NCBI GenBank assembly: GCA_947478395.1
Contig: CANJVR010000003.1
Span: 288,001 to 352,000 of the forward strand
Direction of reading: 5' to 3'
Length of the DNA stretch: 64,000 nucleotides
DNA from: Opitutia bacterium
GTDB taxonomy: Bacteria > Verrucomicrobiota > Verrucomicrobiia > Opitutales > Opitutaceae
Part shown: in pieces, positions 9,159 to 19,359 of the stretch
Position numbering within the stretch: the first letter of the stretch is position 1
Layout of the letters: each line of letters begins with the position of its first letter
The notes under the pieces: model-generated
The model's input: only the letters and a program-made list of their open reading frames with translations
Told to the model about the DNA's origin: nothing
Database searches by the model: none
Translations under genes and position numbers: made by a program

Positions 9159-12100
9159 ATGGCCACCAAGCCCCGTCCTCCGATCCTGCGCAGCATTCAA
9201 ACGCCCGAGGCTCAAGCCGCGCTGCGCGTGTGGCTCGCCACGTTTCCGCCGCTGACGCGCGATCGCGGGCAAGCCGCGTTTGCGCATAAACAGGTCGGGA
9301 AAATTACCGCGAATGCCGACCACTTCATCGAGGCTACCTTGACCGAAATCGAAGAAAATTTCCTCGTCACCCTTTTCTTCACCCGCAGCCAGTGGAACGG
9401 AAAATGCCGCTGCTCAGCGAAAGGCGACTGCCGGCACATCCACGCCACCGGCCTCGCGTGGCTCGCGGAAAACGAGGCGACGACGACACCGCCCGCCAGC
9501 GCGAGTCCGGCCTCGGTCACAGGCTCGATCGCCATAACCGCGACACCCGCATCTCCGCTGACTCCGGTCATCAACAAACATGCGTTCCGCACCCAGTGGT
9601 CGCCCATCATCGCGGAAAAACTCGGCCGGCCGCTGACCGAGGTCGAAGGCCGCCAGCTCAGCAATCTCGCCGCGCTTTTTGCCGAGTTCGACCGCGGCCC
9701 GCGCGATCTGCCGCCGGCACTGTTGCGCAACTACGGCTTCGACATCGGTCACGATCCCCGCGCCACCCTGCATCCGTCGCCCATCAAAGACTGGTGGGAC
9801 GCCAACGACACCCCGCGCGATCCCTGGGCGCTTTGGCAATACATCGCCTACGCCTACGAACGTGCCGGACGCGCCGCGCCCGAGGTGTTTCGGCCCCTGA
9901 CCGATACCCGCGCCGTGCACAGCGTCGTCGACGATAAACTCGTACAACAGGAACTCGCGACTTGGCGCACGGCCTTTGGTTCACAGGCTCCGACGGAAAC
10001 GCCCCGCACCGAAAATCCCGTGACGGCGATCGCTGGACTGCGGGTGCGACTCGGCCATGACGCGCACTTCCATGTGGAAGTGCGCACGGCGGACCGCCCG
10101 TGGAAAGTTCCAAATCACAAATGGTTCACGGCGCTCGCCAGCGCGCGGCCCGCGGATTTCGAAACCCTGCCGCCCGCCCAAGCTGCACTCGCGACGATGC
10201 TCGCCGCCGAGGCTCGAGGTTATGGCTGGCATTATTCGACGAAGCTCATGCTCACCGTCGACGGCGTCGCCGCCCTGCTCGGCACCGCCGCGGCCCGACC
10301 CGCCATCGTGCGACCCGACGAACAACCCTTCATCATCGAGCCTGAGCCGCTCGTGCCGGAAGCCTCCGTATCCACCTCGCGCCGCGATCGGCTGGAACTC
10401 CGGCTGCTCGCGCCGGATGGCCGCCCTGCCGATGAGGCAAAACTCATCACCGCGAAACCCGAGCCACTTTATTTGTTTGCCGGCCTCATCTGGCGCGGAC
10501 CTCCCGCATTGCCCGCGCGCCAAATTCCCGCCGCCGTGCTGACCGACGCCGGGCTGATGTCTCATTTGCGCGCCGCCGGCCTGCGTTTGCCCGCGACCCT
10601 CGAAGGCCGCGTGCGCCGCGTGCCGTTACAGCCCGTGTTGAAATGCTGGAGCACAGCGGATGACGAACCTGACGCGTCGGAATTTTTCCACGTGCAACTG
10701 CTGGCGCGGTCCAATCATCCCCCTTGCGAGCAGCAATGGAACGGCGACGGCTGGCAGTGGGCCAAGGAATCCGCCCCGGCGCGACGCGGTCCAAATGAAC
10801 CGTTGCTCGAGTTCGATCTCAGCGGGGCCAATGTGGTGAGGGAACGTTTCGCGGACTTTCGCCTGACCTGGAACAACTGGGTCGGCGTATGGGCCCGGCC
10901 GATGGGCAAAACGTTTCCCGAGGAATTCATCGAATGGCGGGCCACGTTGCCGCCGGATCTCGTCATCGAGGCGTCGCCTTCGCTCGAAGGCTTGCTCGGG
11001 CCACCGCTGCAAGCGCACGTGGAATTTTCGGCCGCGCCCGCGGTGGGCGAGGGCCGCGACTGGTTTGATCTCACGGTCGCGTTGCGCGTGCAGGACACGA
11101 CGTTCAAGCCCGACGAACTCGCCCTACTCCTCAAAGCCAAGGGCAAGTGGGTGCGCCTCGCCCAACACGGCTGGCGCCGGCTGGAGGTCGCCGCCGAAGC
11201 CGGTTCAAACACGGCTGCCGCGCTCGACCGCCTCGGCCTGCGCACGGAAGACGTGCTCGACACCGGGCGGCTCGCGAAACACCGCCTGCACACGCTACAA
11301 CTCGCCGCCGAGGCGGAAACCTTTGCCGCGCGTGACGCCAACCTCGCGAACGAACTCCGCACGCGAGCGGCTGCGCTCGCGGCGCTGCCCGCACCCCCGT
11401 TGCCCAAGGGCCTGCAGGCCACGCTGCGTCATTATCAGGAGGAAGGATTTCACTTTATCGCCCATCTCGCCGCGAATGGTTTTGGCGGCATCCTCGCCGA
11501 CGACATGGGGCTCGGCAAAACCGTGCAGACGCTGGCGTGGTTGCTGCACGCGGCCGCAGCCGTCCGCACCAGGGCCACGCCCTACCGCGCGCTCGTCATC
11601 TGCCCGAAGAGCGTGATGCACGGCTGGCTCAGCGAAACCGCGCGCTTCGCGCCTTCGCTCACCGCCACCGCGTTCGCCCCCGAAAATGTTTTCTCGCTCA
11701 AAAAGCCCGAGCCGGACGGCAAACCGGCGATCGTCGTAGCCAACTACGCGCAACTGCGCCTGAACGCCTCGTGGTTCAAGCAGCAGACCTGGGACGCCGT
11801 CATCCTCGACGAGGCGCAATTTATCAAAAATCCCGGCAGCCAGACCGCGGTCATCGCGCGTTCGATTCCCGCCGCCCACCGGCTCGCGCTCACTGGCACG
11901 CCCATTGAAAACCGTCTGCTCGATCTCTGGAGCATCTTTGCCTTTGTGCAACCCGGCCTGCTCGGCCCTCAGGCCAGTTTTCGCCGGCAATTTCCCGCCG
12001 ACGATCCCGAGGCTGCCGCGCGCCTCCGCCGCCGCACCCGGCACTTTATGCTCCGCCGCACCAAGGCGCAGGTCGCGCCTGAACTGCCGCCGCGCACCGA

Positions 12101-12806
12101 GGATGAAATCGTGGTCGATCTCGAAGGCGAGCAACGCCAGCTCTACGACGCCGAACTCAAGCGCGCGCGCGCCCAATTGCTCGGCATCGAAACCGATCGC
12201 GCGCTCGACGCTGTGCGCTTCAATGTCCTCGCGAGCCTGCTCCGCCTGCGCCAGATCTGCTGCCACCCCGCGCTGATCGCCGAAGGTCACCGCAACATGC
12301 CGAGTGCCAAACTCGACGCTCTGCTGGAGCGACTCGAGGAGTTGCGCGACGAAGGCCAGCAGGTGCTCGTGTTCAGTCAGTTCGTGGAGTTGCTCTTGCT
12401 CATTCAGCAACGACTCGAGCTCGCCGGCATCACGCATCTCCTGCTCACGGGCAAAACGGAAAACCGCGCCGAGCTCGTCGACAAATTTCAATCCGACCGC
12501 AATCAGACGGTTTTCTTGCTTTCATTGAAAGCCGCCGGGTCGGGGCTCAATCTCACGGCGGCGAGCTACGTGATTCTCTGCGACCCGTGGTGGAATCCCG
12601 CCGTCGAAGCGCAAGCCATCGACCGCACACACCGCATCGGCCAGACGCGGCCCGTGATCGCCTATCGCCTGGTCGCAGCTGATACCGTGGAACAGAAAAT
12701 CCTCGCCATGCAGCGGGAAAAAGCCGCGCTCGCCGCCGCGGTGGTGCAGGAAGAATCGCTCGCCCGCGTCCTCGACCTCGACAGCCTGCGGCGAATTCTA
12801 GAATAG
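9159..12806 (+). CDS. SNF2-family helicase with an N-terminal SWIM zinc finger
   Basis: CRCSAKGDCRHIHA (SWIM), LADDMGLGKT, DEAQFIKN, TGTPIEN, DPWWNPAVEAQAIDRTHRIGQ. Start taken at MATKP. Confidence 0.93.
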   Translation: MATKPRPPILRSIQTPEAQAALRVWLATFPPLTRDRGQAAFAHKQVGKITANADHFIEATLTEIEENFLVTLFFTRSQWNGKCRCSAKGDCRHIHATGLAWLAENEATTTPPASASPASVTGSIAITATPASPLTPVINKHAFRTQWSPIIAEKLGRPLTEVEGRQLSNLAALFAEFDRGPRDLPPALLRNYGFDIGHDPRATLHPSPIKDWWDANDTPRDPWALWQYIAYAYERAGRAAPEVFRPLTDTRAVHSVVDDKLVQQELATWRTAFGSQAPTETPRTENPVTAIAGLRVRLGHDAHFHVEVRTADRPWKVPNHKWFTALASARPADFETLPPAQAALATMLAAEARGYGWHYSTKLMLTVDGVAALLGTAAARPAIVRPDEQPFIIEPEPLVPEASVSTSRRDRLELRLLAPDGRPADEAKLITAKPEPLYLFAGLIWRGPPALPARQIPAAVLTDAGLMSHLRAAGLRLPATLEGRVRRVPLQPVLKCWSTADDEPDASEFFHVQLLARSNHPPCEQQWNGDGWQWAKESAPARRGPNEPLLEFDLSGANVVRERFADFRLTWNNWVGVWARPMGKTFPEEFIEWRATLPPDLVIEASPSLEGLLGPPLQAHVEFSAAPAVGEGRDWFDLTVALRVQDTTFKPDELALLLKAKGKWVRLAQHGWRRLEVAAEAGSNTAAALDRLGLRTEDVLDTGRLAKHRLHTLQLAAEAETFAARDANLANELRTRAAALAALPAPPLPKGLQATLRHYQEEGFHFIAHLAANGFGGILADDMGLGKTVQTLAWLLHAAAAVRTRATPYRALVICPKSVMHGWLSETARFAPSLTATAFAPENVFSLKKPEPDGKPAIVVANYAQLRLNASWFKQQTWDAVILDEAQFIKNPGSQTAVIARSIPAAHRLALTGTPIENRLLDLWSIFAFVQPGLLGPQASFRRQFPADDPEAAARLRRRTRHFMLRRTKAQVAPELPPRTEDEIVVDLEGEQRQLYDAELKRARAQLLGIETDRALDAVRFNVLASLLRLRQICCHPALIAEGHRNMPSAKLDALLERLEELRDEGQQVLVFSQFVELLLLIQQRLELAGITHLLLTGKTENRAELVDKFQSDRNQTVFLLSLKAAGSGLNLTAASYVILCDPWWNPAVEAQAIDRTHRIGQTRPVIAYRLVAADTVEQKILAMQREKAALAAAVVQEESLARVLDLDSLRRILE

Positions 12807-13067
12807 GAAAACTAATCGAGCCCAATTTTCCCATCACGCACCTGGCAAACGCCGATTTTCTCCATCGCGATACGCAACCCGCCAGCGCGACATTTCGCCA
12901 CCAGGTGTGTTTTCTAAAACACCACTTAAACGCCCGCGCCATCGCCTCACTCACCTCCACGAGCCACCCGCTCAAAGCCCAGCATTCCCCGCCGCATCGC
13001 GGACCTGGAAGCATCGTTCTGGAAATCTGCCGCCTTCCTCCCGTCGCGGAAAAAAAGCCTTTGATTG

Positions 13068-13391
13068 TTACCCTGCTGCAGGGCGAAGCCCCTTGGTCAT
13101 CCGCTCACCCTCGCATTGCGGTGAGCCACGCTCGAGGTCCCGGCAAATTTTCGGGCGATCGGCGTAAACCGAGCAAAAATATTCCCGCTCGCCCGCCGCG
13201 GAAATTCGCAACTCGAGGGCCGCACACCGTCCGTCTTTCATCCGCATAAACGCGCGGTGCCCGATGAAGTGCGCCACGCGCTCGGCCGCGGAACCGAGCC
13301 GCGACCAGTCGTCGCCAGACAGCCGAACGTAGGTTTCTAGCTCGGAAAAACAGCAAACACCGCAACGCAGACACTCCAGGGGCGGGAGCAT
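13068..13391 (-). CDS. YkgJ family cysteine cluster protein
   Basis: CLRCGVCC ... C ... CSVYADRPKICR ... C pattern (CxxCxxCC family). Confidence 0.85.
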   Translation of the reverse strand: MLPPLECLRCGVCCFSELETYVRLSGDDWSRLGSAAERVAHFIGHRAFMRMKDGRCAALELRISAAGEREYFCSVYADRPKICRDLERGSPQCEGERMTKGLRPAAG

Positions 13392-13447
13392 GTCGGCCAA
13401 TCTGCTGCTTGCCGGGTCGATGGCAACTGATTCGCTTTGGTTTCGCC

Positions 13448-14026
13448 ATGGATGCCTACACGCGCGCCCGAACCTCGATCGACCAAGCCCATGCCGCCGA
13501 TCCCACACGGACCGCGGATGGTCGCGCGGCGGAGTTAGTGTACGGCGAACGCGTCGAAGCCTGGGTCGCACGTCTGGTGCCCGACGCTGCACCGCTGCTC
13601 CGGCTCGCCGCTCGTTGCCAGCATCTCGAACGTTGGCAAACACCCCGGGCCAGTTTTCCCGAAGGCAAGGCCGGGTATCTCACCTGGCGCCGTTCGCTCT
13701 ACGTGAAACAAGCCGAGCGCGCGCGGGGTCTTCTGCTGGAAGCAGGCGTCGCCGCCGACCAAGCGGCGGAGGTGGCCACGTGGGTTTCGAAGACCGGACT
13801 AAAAACCAATCCGGGCACCCAAGCCCTCGAGGATGCAGCCGTGCTCGTTTTTCTCGAAAACGAAATCACCGCTTTCGCCGCTCAACACACGAGTTATCCG
13901 CGGGAAAAATTCGTCGATATCCTGCGCAAGACATGGCGAAAACTCAGTCCAGCCGCCCAAGCGTTTGCCGCCGCGTTAGAATTGCACCCTGACATCGCCG
14001 AACTCGTTCGCGACGCGACGACGTAA
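13448..14026 (+). CDS. DUF4202 domain protein
   Basis: IDQAHAADP, LAARCQHLERW..PR..P.GKAGYL.WR, QALEDAAVLVFL and KTWRKLS. Confidence 0.88.
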   Translation: MDAYTRARTSIDQAHAADPTRTADGRAAELVYGERVEAWVARLVPDAAPLLRLAARCQHLERWQTPRASFPEGKAGYLTWRRSLYVKQAERARGLLLEAGVAADQAAEVATWVSKTGLKTNPGTQALEDAAVLVFLENEITAFAAQHTSYPREKFVDILRKTWRKLSPAAQAFAAALELHPDIAELVRDATT

Positions 14027-14131
14027 ACGATCGCCCGCCAGATTCTTTATTCTCCTGAAGGACGAGGGCGCTCACCGGTCTCGGCGTCGACGCGGGATCA
14101 AAGCACCCCGCCCACATTCTGGCGCAGCGCG

Positions 14132-15697
14132 TTATTTCCGAGAGACCAGCTTCAAGTCGGTCTGCAAAAGCTCCAGCGCGCGGCCCCGAAACACGATGAC
14201 GTCACTACGCTCGATCGCATGGATCGAACACGTCCAGCAGTTGTCCCCATCGGCCTCGGTTTGATCGATCACCTCGCCCGCCGTGACGCTGCGCACGGGG
14301 GCGCCGGGTTTTTCCAACGAAAGCGCACCAGCCTTCACGTAGAACACGCCCCGGACGCGATCGCCTTGAGCGAAAAGAGCTTCGCCTTTTTCCAAATGAA
14401 TCGACCGCAGCGTTTCTTCCGGCGGAGGCGAAAGCACGCCGATGTCGCGTGGAAAAACGAGATCGAACGTCCAGTCGATCATGACGCGAAGTTTCCGCAG
14501 CAGGCCGGGAAGTTTGCCGAGGTAGATCGTCCGCCACATCCACCACGCGATGAAGCCGCGAAAGTGAAAACCCAGCACCTCGGCAACGGCCTCGCGTTTC
14601 CCGATCGTCGCGAGTTGACCCATGTAACGATAGGTAAACGGCACGGGCGCGGCGCCACGGAGCACCGCCGCGAGATTTCTGCCCAAAACGGTGCCCTGCC
14701 GGAGCGCAAACTGCGCGGTCGGCGGCGCGGTTTTGATTTCACCACGATCGCTCCAAGGCACGGCGGCGCAATCGCCAGCGATCCAAAGCGTATCATATCC
14801 AGGCGCACGCATCATGGGCGTAACTGCAACCCGCCCGCGTTCAGCCGCCAGGCCGAGTTGTCGGCACAGGTCGAGCACCACGGGATTGGGGGCGTTGCCG
14901 ATCGTGCTGACGATGGTGTTGGTTGCGATCGATTCGCCGTTTTCAAAAGTCACGCGCGAGGTGCTCACCTCGGAAACACGGGTATTGAGGCGCACTTCGA
15001 CGCCGTTGCGCGTGAGGACCTCCTCGGCGTACGCGCCGAGTTTTTCACCGATTTCCACGAGTAGCTGACCGCGGCTATGCACCAGTACGACCCGCGGCGT
15101 AGTGTCGCGCAGGTTTGCGTAGAAACGATGCGACTCTCGTACAAAATCCAGCAGTTGCCCCGCGGTTTCGACCCCGGTGTAACCCCCGCCCACGACCACG
15201 AAGGTCAACAATCGCGCCCGAACAGCCCGATCCTCAACAAGGTTGGCTTCCTCGAGCCGGTTGATGATCACCGCGCGCAGGCGCTGGGCATCCGCGACAT
15301 TCTTCATTGGCCGGGCGTAATCGGCGAGCCCCGGGACCGTACTCAAATCCGTGACACTGCCCAGCGTGAGCACCAAATGCGTGAACGTAACCTTGTGATT
15401 GCGCGTAAAACGTCCGCCATCGAGCACGAGCTCTTTACGAGCCCAGTCGACGCTTTGAATCGTCCCCTGCAGGACATTCACGCCGCGGCAAAATTGCCGC
15501 AGGGGATTTACGACGTCGGAGGCGTTGAGCGCCGAGCCCACGACCTCGGCCAGCATGGGTTGGAAAACAAGCACATTGCGCTCCGCGATCAGCGCGACCC
15601 GTTTCTCGCCCTCCGCCGCGCCGAGAGCTTTTCCCAACGCCCGCGCGCAATAAGCGCCCGCGAACCCACCGCCCGCGATCACAACGTCGAAGTGCAT
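14132..15697 (-). CDS. NADH dehydrogenase-2-like FAD-dependent oxidoreductase with a C-terminal cNMP-binding-like domain
   Basis: GGGFAG, VVVGGGYTGVE, AGDCA and PPTAQFA motifs; tail LEKGEALFAQGD..GVFYVKAG. True start is MHFDVV (15697); the longer ORF-track extension overlaps the GNAT gene. Confidence 0.88.
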   Translation of the reverse strand: MHFDVVIAGGGFAGAYCARALGKALGAAEGEKRVALIAERNVLVFQPMLAEVVGSALNASDVVNPLRQFCRGVNVLQGTIQSVDWARKELVLDGGRFTRNHKVTFTHLVLTLGSVTDLSTVPGLADYARPMKNVADAQRLRAVIINRLEEANLVEDRAVRARLLTFVVVGGGYTGVETAGQLLDFVRESHRFYANLRDTTPRVVLVHSRGQLLVEIGEKLGAYAEEVLTRNGVEVRLNTRVSEVSTSRVTFENGESIATNTIVSTIGNAPNPVVLDLCRQLGLAAERGRVAVTPMMRAPGYDTLWIAGDCAAVPWSDRGEIKTAPPTAQFALRQGTVLGRNLAAVLRGAAPVPFTYRYMGQLATIGKREAVAEVLGFHFRGFIAWWMWRTIYLGKLPGLLRKLRVMIDWTFDLVFPRDIGVLSPPPEETLRSIHLEKGEALFAQGDRVRGVFYVKAGALSLEKPGAPVRSVTAGEVIDQTEADGDNCWTCSIHAIERSDVIVFRGRALELLQTDLKLVSRK

Positions 15698-15799
15698 GCA
15701 ACTGCGACCGTGCGAGACCCCAGCCCAAGCGCAAACCCGCACTGCGCTTGACGCCCCCCATCGGAATTCTAAGCACGTTGTTGGTCTAATTACCCCACC

Positions 15800-16342
15800 A
15801 TGATTCGACCGCCTGAAACCTTCGCCACTTCGCGTCTCTCCGCCCGAAGGCCACGTGTCGATGACGCTGCGGCCGTTTTTGCGGCGTACGCGACCGATGC
15901 AGACGTCACCCGCTACCTCGCCTGGCCGCCCTACAAACGGGTGGAGCCGCTGGCGGATTTTCTCCGGGAAAGGATCTCCGATTGGGAGCGCCCAGCCGCG
16001 GCCCATTATGCGTGGATGCTTTGTCTGCGGGGAACAGATACGCCGATCGGCTCCATTGGCGTAATGCCAGACGGCCGCAAAGTGATGTGCGGCTACGTGC
16101 TCGCGAAAAAATTCTGGGGCCGCGGCATGATGACCGAAGCGCTGCGTCACGTTGTCGAATGGGCCGTCGCCCAACCCGACGTCGACCGCGTCTGGGCCTA
16201 TTGCGACAGCGAGAATCCCGCCTCTTTGCGCGTAATGGAAAAAGCCGGCCTGGTGCAGGAGGGTGTGCTGCGGCGCTGGCACGCGAGCCCCACCATCGGG
16301 CCCGGACTCAGGGACTGCGTGGTTTGCTCCAAGGTTAAATGA
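15800..16342 (+). CDS. GNAT family N-acetyltransferase (RimJ/RimL-like)
   Basis: GYVLAKKFWGRGMMTEA and ENPASLRVMEKAG..EG.LR. Confidence 0.9.
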   Translation: MIRPPETFATSRLSARRPRVDDAAAVFAAYATDADVTRYLAWPPYKRVEPLADFLRERISDWERPAAAHYAWMLCLRGTDTPIGSIGVMPDGRKVMCGYVLAKKFWGRGMMTEALRHVVEWAVAQPDVDRVWAYCDSENPASLRVMEKAGLVQEGVLRRWHASPTIGPGLRDCVVCSKVK

Positions 16343-16386
16343 CCGTCATCCTTGCCGGGTGAGGCGCGGCAGACACTGTTTCCGAC

Positions 16387-16614
16387 GTGATCACCGTCGC
16401 CAACTGCACGCTGCTCGTCGCAGCCCAAGTGATTCGCGCTACGCTGGAATCCAGCGGCATCACAGCGTTTATTCCGGACGAGTTCACGGTGGAAACGGCG
16501 CCGCATCTGGCGCTCCTTATCGGTGGGGTTCGGGTGCAGGTGGCCGACGAAGACGCCCCGCGCGCGCGGGAAATTCTCGCGAGCCCGCAGCCCCCTGAAC
16601 TTCCGAATGAGTAG
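16387..16614 (+). CDS. DUF2007 (putative signal transducing) family small protein
   Basis: AQVIRATLESSGITAFIPDE...GGVRVQVADEDAPRAREIL. Confidence 0.75.
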   Translation: MITVANCTLLVAAQVIRATLESSGITAFIPDEFTVETAPHLALLIGGVRVQVADEDAPRAREILASPQPPELPNE

Positions 16615-16617
16615 GGC

Positions 16618-17239
16618 ATGATTACCCGACGACGGTTTCTCATCGCTGCCGCCGATGCAGGAACGGGCACCGCCAGCCTCGTGTATGGACGAGGCCCCTT
16701 ATATCGCCGTTCTCGCGCGACTCGCCGCCGCGGCGACGGCGTTTGCCATCCTCGGAAATCACGACGGCCGCTTTTACCAACGCACCTCCACCCAGCCGCA
16801 TCGCGGCAGCGCGATCGTTTAAAGGGCCGGATTAATCCTCATCCAAAATCGCATCGCATCCCCCCGTGTGCGCGGACGCTAGGTACAAATCGTCGGTATA
16901 GGCGAGCTGTGGAACGGTGAATGCATGCCAGGCGTGGCCTTTCGCGAGCTGAACTCATCGTCCAGCGGCGAATCAATCCTCGCGCTTTGTCACAATCCCG
17001 ATCCGAAAGAGCATCTGTTATTTGCCCAGTGGCATGCATTGCTGTGCGGTCATACGTACGGCGGACCATGCGGTCTACCCTTCATTGGGGCCGCACTCGC
17101 GCCGGTGAAAGACCAACGGTATCTCGGCGGCGCCTATCGCTACGCCAATCGATGGCTGCATATCACGCGTGGTGTGGGCAATCTTCACGGCGTGCGACTT
17201 TTCTGCCGACCCGAAGTCAGTCTGCTCGAACTCGCATAG
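16618..17239 (+). pseudogene. Degraded YkuE/YaeI-like metallophosphoesterase
   Basis: Tat-like start MITRRRFL. AFAILGNHDG (~16740-16768) lies in a different frame. The C-terminal fragment has CHNPD, LCGHTYGG (the canonical motif is GHTHGG), ITRGVG and RPEV. The N-terminal DxH/GD motifs are missing. Confidence 0.8.
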
Positions 17240-17370
17240 CGGCGGAGCCGGACGCCCCCATTGATCGGCCCGTTACAGCACGACCGAAATTTTTTAAAAC
17301 TTTCCTGCAGATGATTTGGAAACCGCTGTGAGAGCACCGCGTCTCGCGGTCGGTAACCGAAATCCAAACC

Positions 17371-17619
17371 ATGAAAAACGAAGACTCTTCTTTCGGCGTT
17401 CTCGCCGCCATCATCGTCGCCGGTGTCATCCTCGCCTGCTTCTCGCCCGCCAATGCTTCCGACCTCAATACCGTCAACGCCAGCGCCGTCACCGCTTCCG
17501 CAGCGGGAAATGTCGCCAGCCAATCCTCCGGCAAATCCGAGACATGTGCCACCGGTCACCGCGGAGGGCACAAGCTCGGGCACAAGACCGCGAACACGCC
17601 AAAATCTCCCGCGGTCTAA
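17371..17619 (+). CDS. Small hypothetical exported protein
   Basis: Hydrophobic N-terminus ending in ANA, a low-complexity Ala/Ser body and plausible codon usage. Confidence 0.5.
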   Translation: MKNEDSSFGVLAAIIVAGVILACFSPANASDLNTVNASAVTASAAGNVASQSSGKSETCATGHRGGHKLGHKTANTPKSPAV

Positions 17620-17664
17620 AACGAGGGCCGGAAGCCCAACAACCAGCCGCCGTAAAGCTGCGCT

Positions 17665-18421
17665 TCAGCGGCGGTTTAATTTTTCGCCGGCGGCCAGAAC
17701 ACGGCGAGTCCTGCCGCAAAGGCCGGCGGGCAATACATTGAAATGATTGAGCCGCGGAAATCGCTGCGAATAAACCGTGAGACCGGAAAACGGCGGCGCC
17801 GCCAGCTGTTGTTCCAGTAACCGCAAGTCACCGGTCATCGAATAGGAGTCGTCGTCGCCCGCGCTGAGGTAAAGTTGCGCCGGCAACGACGGTTGGATTG
17901 ACCACAGTTTTTCTGCATTCGCGGAGAATGCTGCGTTCCGCCCACCAAATCGACGATGCACTGGCGAGGTGGTGCGTGAAAAAAGGCGTGCGCTGAAAAG
18001 CGCGTGCAACGCGAGCAATGAGCCCAGCGAATGCCCCTCAATCCCCAGGTTCGTGGCCTCGATCGCATATCTGCGCCCCAATTCGGTCCACAAAGTCTGC
18101 GTGAGAAACCGCAGGAACGCATCCGCGCCACCACTGGTCGGCTCTCATCGGCGTGCGCGACCGGCATATAATCGCGTCCGCGTCGGTTCGCCGACGCCCG
18201 ATAACTCGCGCCATAGCCGACGCCCACCAGCAGCAAGGCGCCACCGCTCTTGCGGCCCGTGCTTCGCGATGGGCCTTGATCGCCGCCTGAAATTGATCGT
18301 CGCCGTCCATGAACAATACCGCCGGACACGGCCCGGCAAATTGTTCGCCAGCGGATCGCTCGATATAAATCGGGTCGTCGGTGCCCGTTTCAGGAGAAAA
18401 AAGAATCCATTCTGGTTTCAT
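17665..18421 (-). pseudogene. Frameshifted alpha/beta-hydrolase (IroE/BesA-like esterase)
   Basis: Family motifs are split over three frames: VLFMDGD (ORF 18038-18421), LLVGVGY..RRGRDYMP (17835-18329) and GHSLG..LYLSAG..HFNVLP (17665-18093). Confidence 0.8.
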
Positions 18422-18436
18422 CGAGAATGATTCGGT

Positions 18437-19336
18437 TCAGCCTTTGAGGGCGCCGGCCGCCACGCCTTTCACGATGTGCCGTTGCAGCGCCACATAAACG
18501 AGCAGGAGCGGAATCGTCACCAGCATGATTCCCGCGAACAGCATGCCGTAGTCCGTTTTGTATTGGGCGGTGATCGAAAGATTCGCGAGGCCGAGCGGCA
18601 GCGTGCGAGCCGATCCATCGAGGTCGCCGCCCGTCAGCATGAACGCAAAAAAATATTCCTTCCACACCCCGATGAACTGGAAAATTGCGACCGTCATGAG
18701 TCCGGGTTTCGCCAGCGGCAACAGCACGCGGAAAAAGGCCGTCCATTCCGTACATCCGTCGATGACCGCCGCTTCATAGAGCGAACGCGGCAACGAACGA
18801 AAAAAACCGGCGAGAATAAAAATCGCAAACGGGAGGCCATTGGCCGTGTAGACCAGAACCAATCCCGCCTTGGAGTTGAGCAAGCCCGCGGCTCGTAACT
18901 CGAAAAACAACGGCACCACCGCGAGCTGGGCCGGAACCATCAATCCGGCGAGAAAAAGCCAAAAGACAAATTTCCCGAGCGGATGATAAAACCGGGCCAG
19001 CGCATAGGCAGCCATCGCGCCGAGCATTACGATGAGCGCCACGGATGCCGTCGTAACGATCACGCTGTTCAAAAAATAGTCGCTGAAATGGGCCTCGCGC
19101 CAGGCCCGCAGATAGTTTTCCGGATGCATCTCTCCGGGCCGCGGCAAAGCGAACGCATCCCGAAAGATCGCCGCATCCGCTTTGAGCGAGGAGTAGGCCA
19201 CCCACACCATCGGCAACACGACCCACGCGGCATATCCCATCAACCCCGTGAAAATGAGCGTTCGTGAAAGCGGAACACGAAAGCCCGACCGAGCTTCGGC
19301 GCTGCGACCTTCGGAGTGTGGATGATTGAGGGGCAT
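18437..19336 (-). CDS. Carbohydrate ABC transporter permease (MalG-like)
   Basis: EAA motif LYEAAVIDG, LPLAKPG, TLPLGL and C-terminal GALKG. Alternative TTG start at 19357. Confidence 0.92.
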   Translation of the reverse strand: MPLNHPHSEGRSAEARSGFRVPLSRTLIFTGLMGYAAWVVLPMVWVAYSSLKADAAIFRDAFALPRPGEMHPENYLRAWREAHFSDYFLNSVIVTTASVALIVMLGAMAAYALARFYHPLGKFVFWLFLAGLMVPAQLAVVPLFFELRAAGLLNSKAGLVLVYTANGLPFAIFILAGFFRSLPRSLYEAAVIDGCTEWTAFFRVLLPLAKPGLMTVAIFQFIGVWKEYFFAFMLTGGDLDGSARTLPLGLANLSITAQYKTDYGMLFAGIMLVTIPLLLVYVALQRHIVKGVAAGALKG

Positions 19337-19359
19337 TCGCAGACGCGCAAAATTCAAGC

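Noticed and set aside
12807..13067. Loose inverted repeat (CACCTGG..CCAGGTG) and short ORFs after SNF2
   Set aside because: Too degenerate to assign; no coding signal.
15698..16282. 716-aa version of the NDH-2 ORF
   Set aside because: The extension overlaps the divergent GNAT gene, and the flavoprotein fold starts at MHFDVV.
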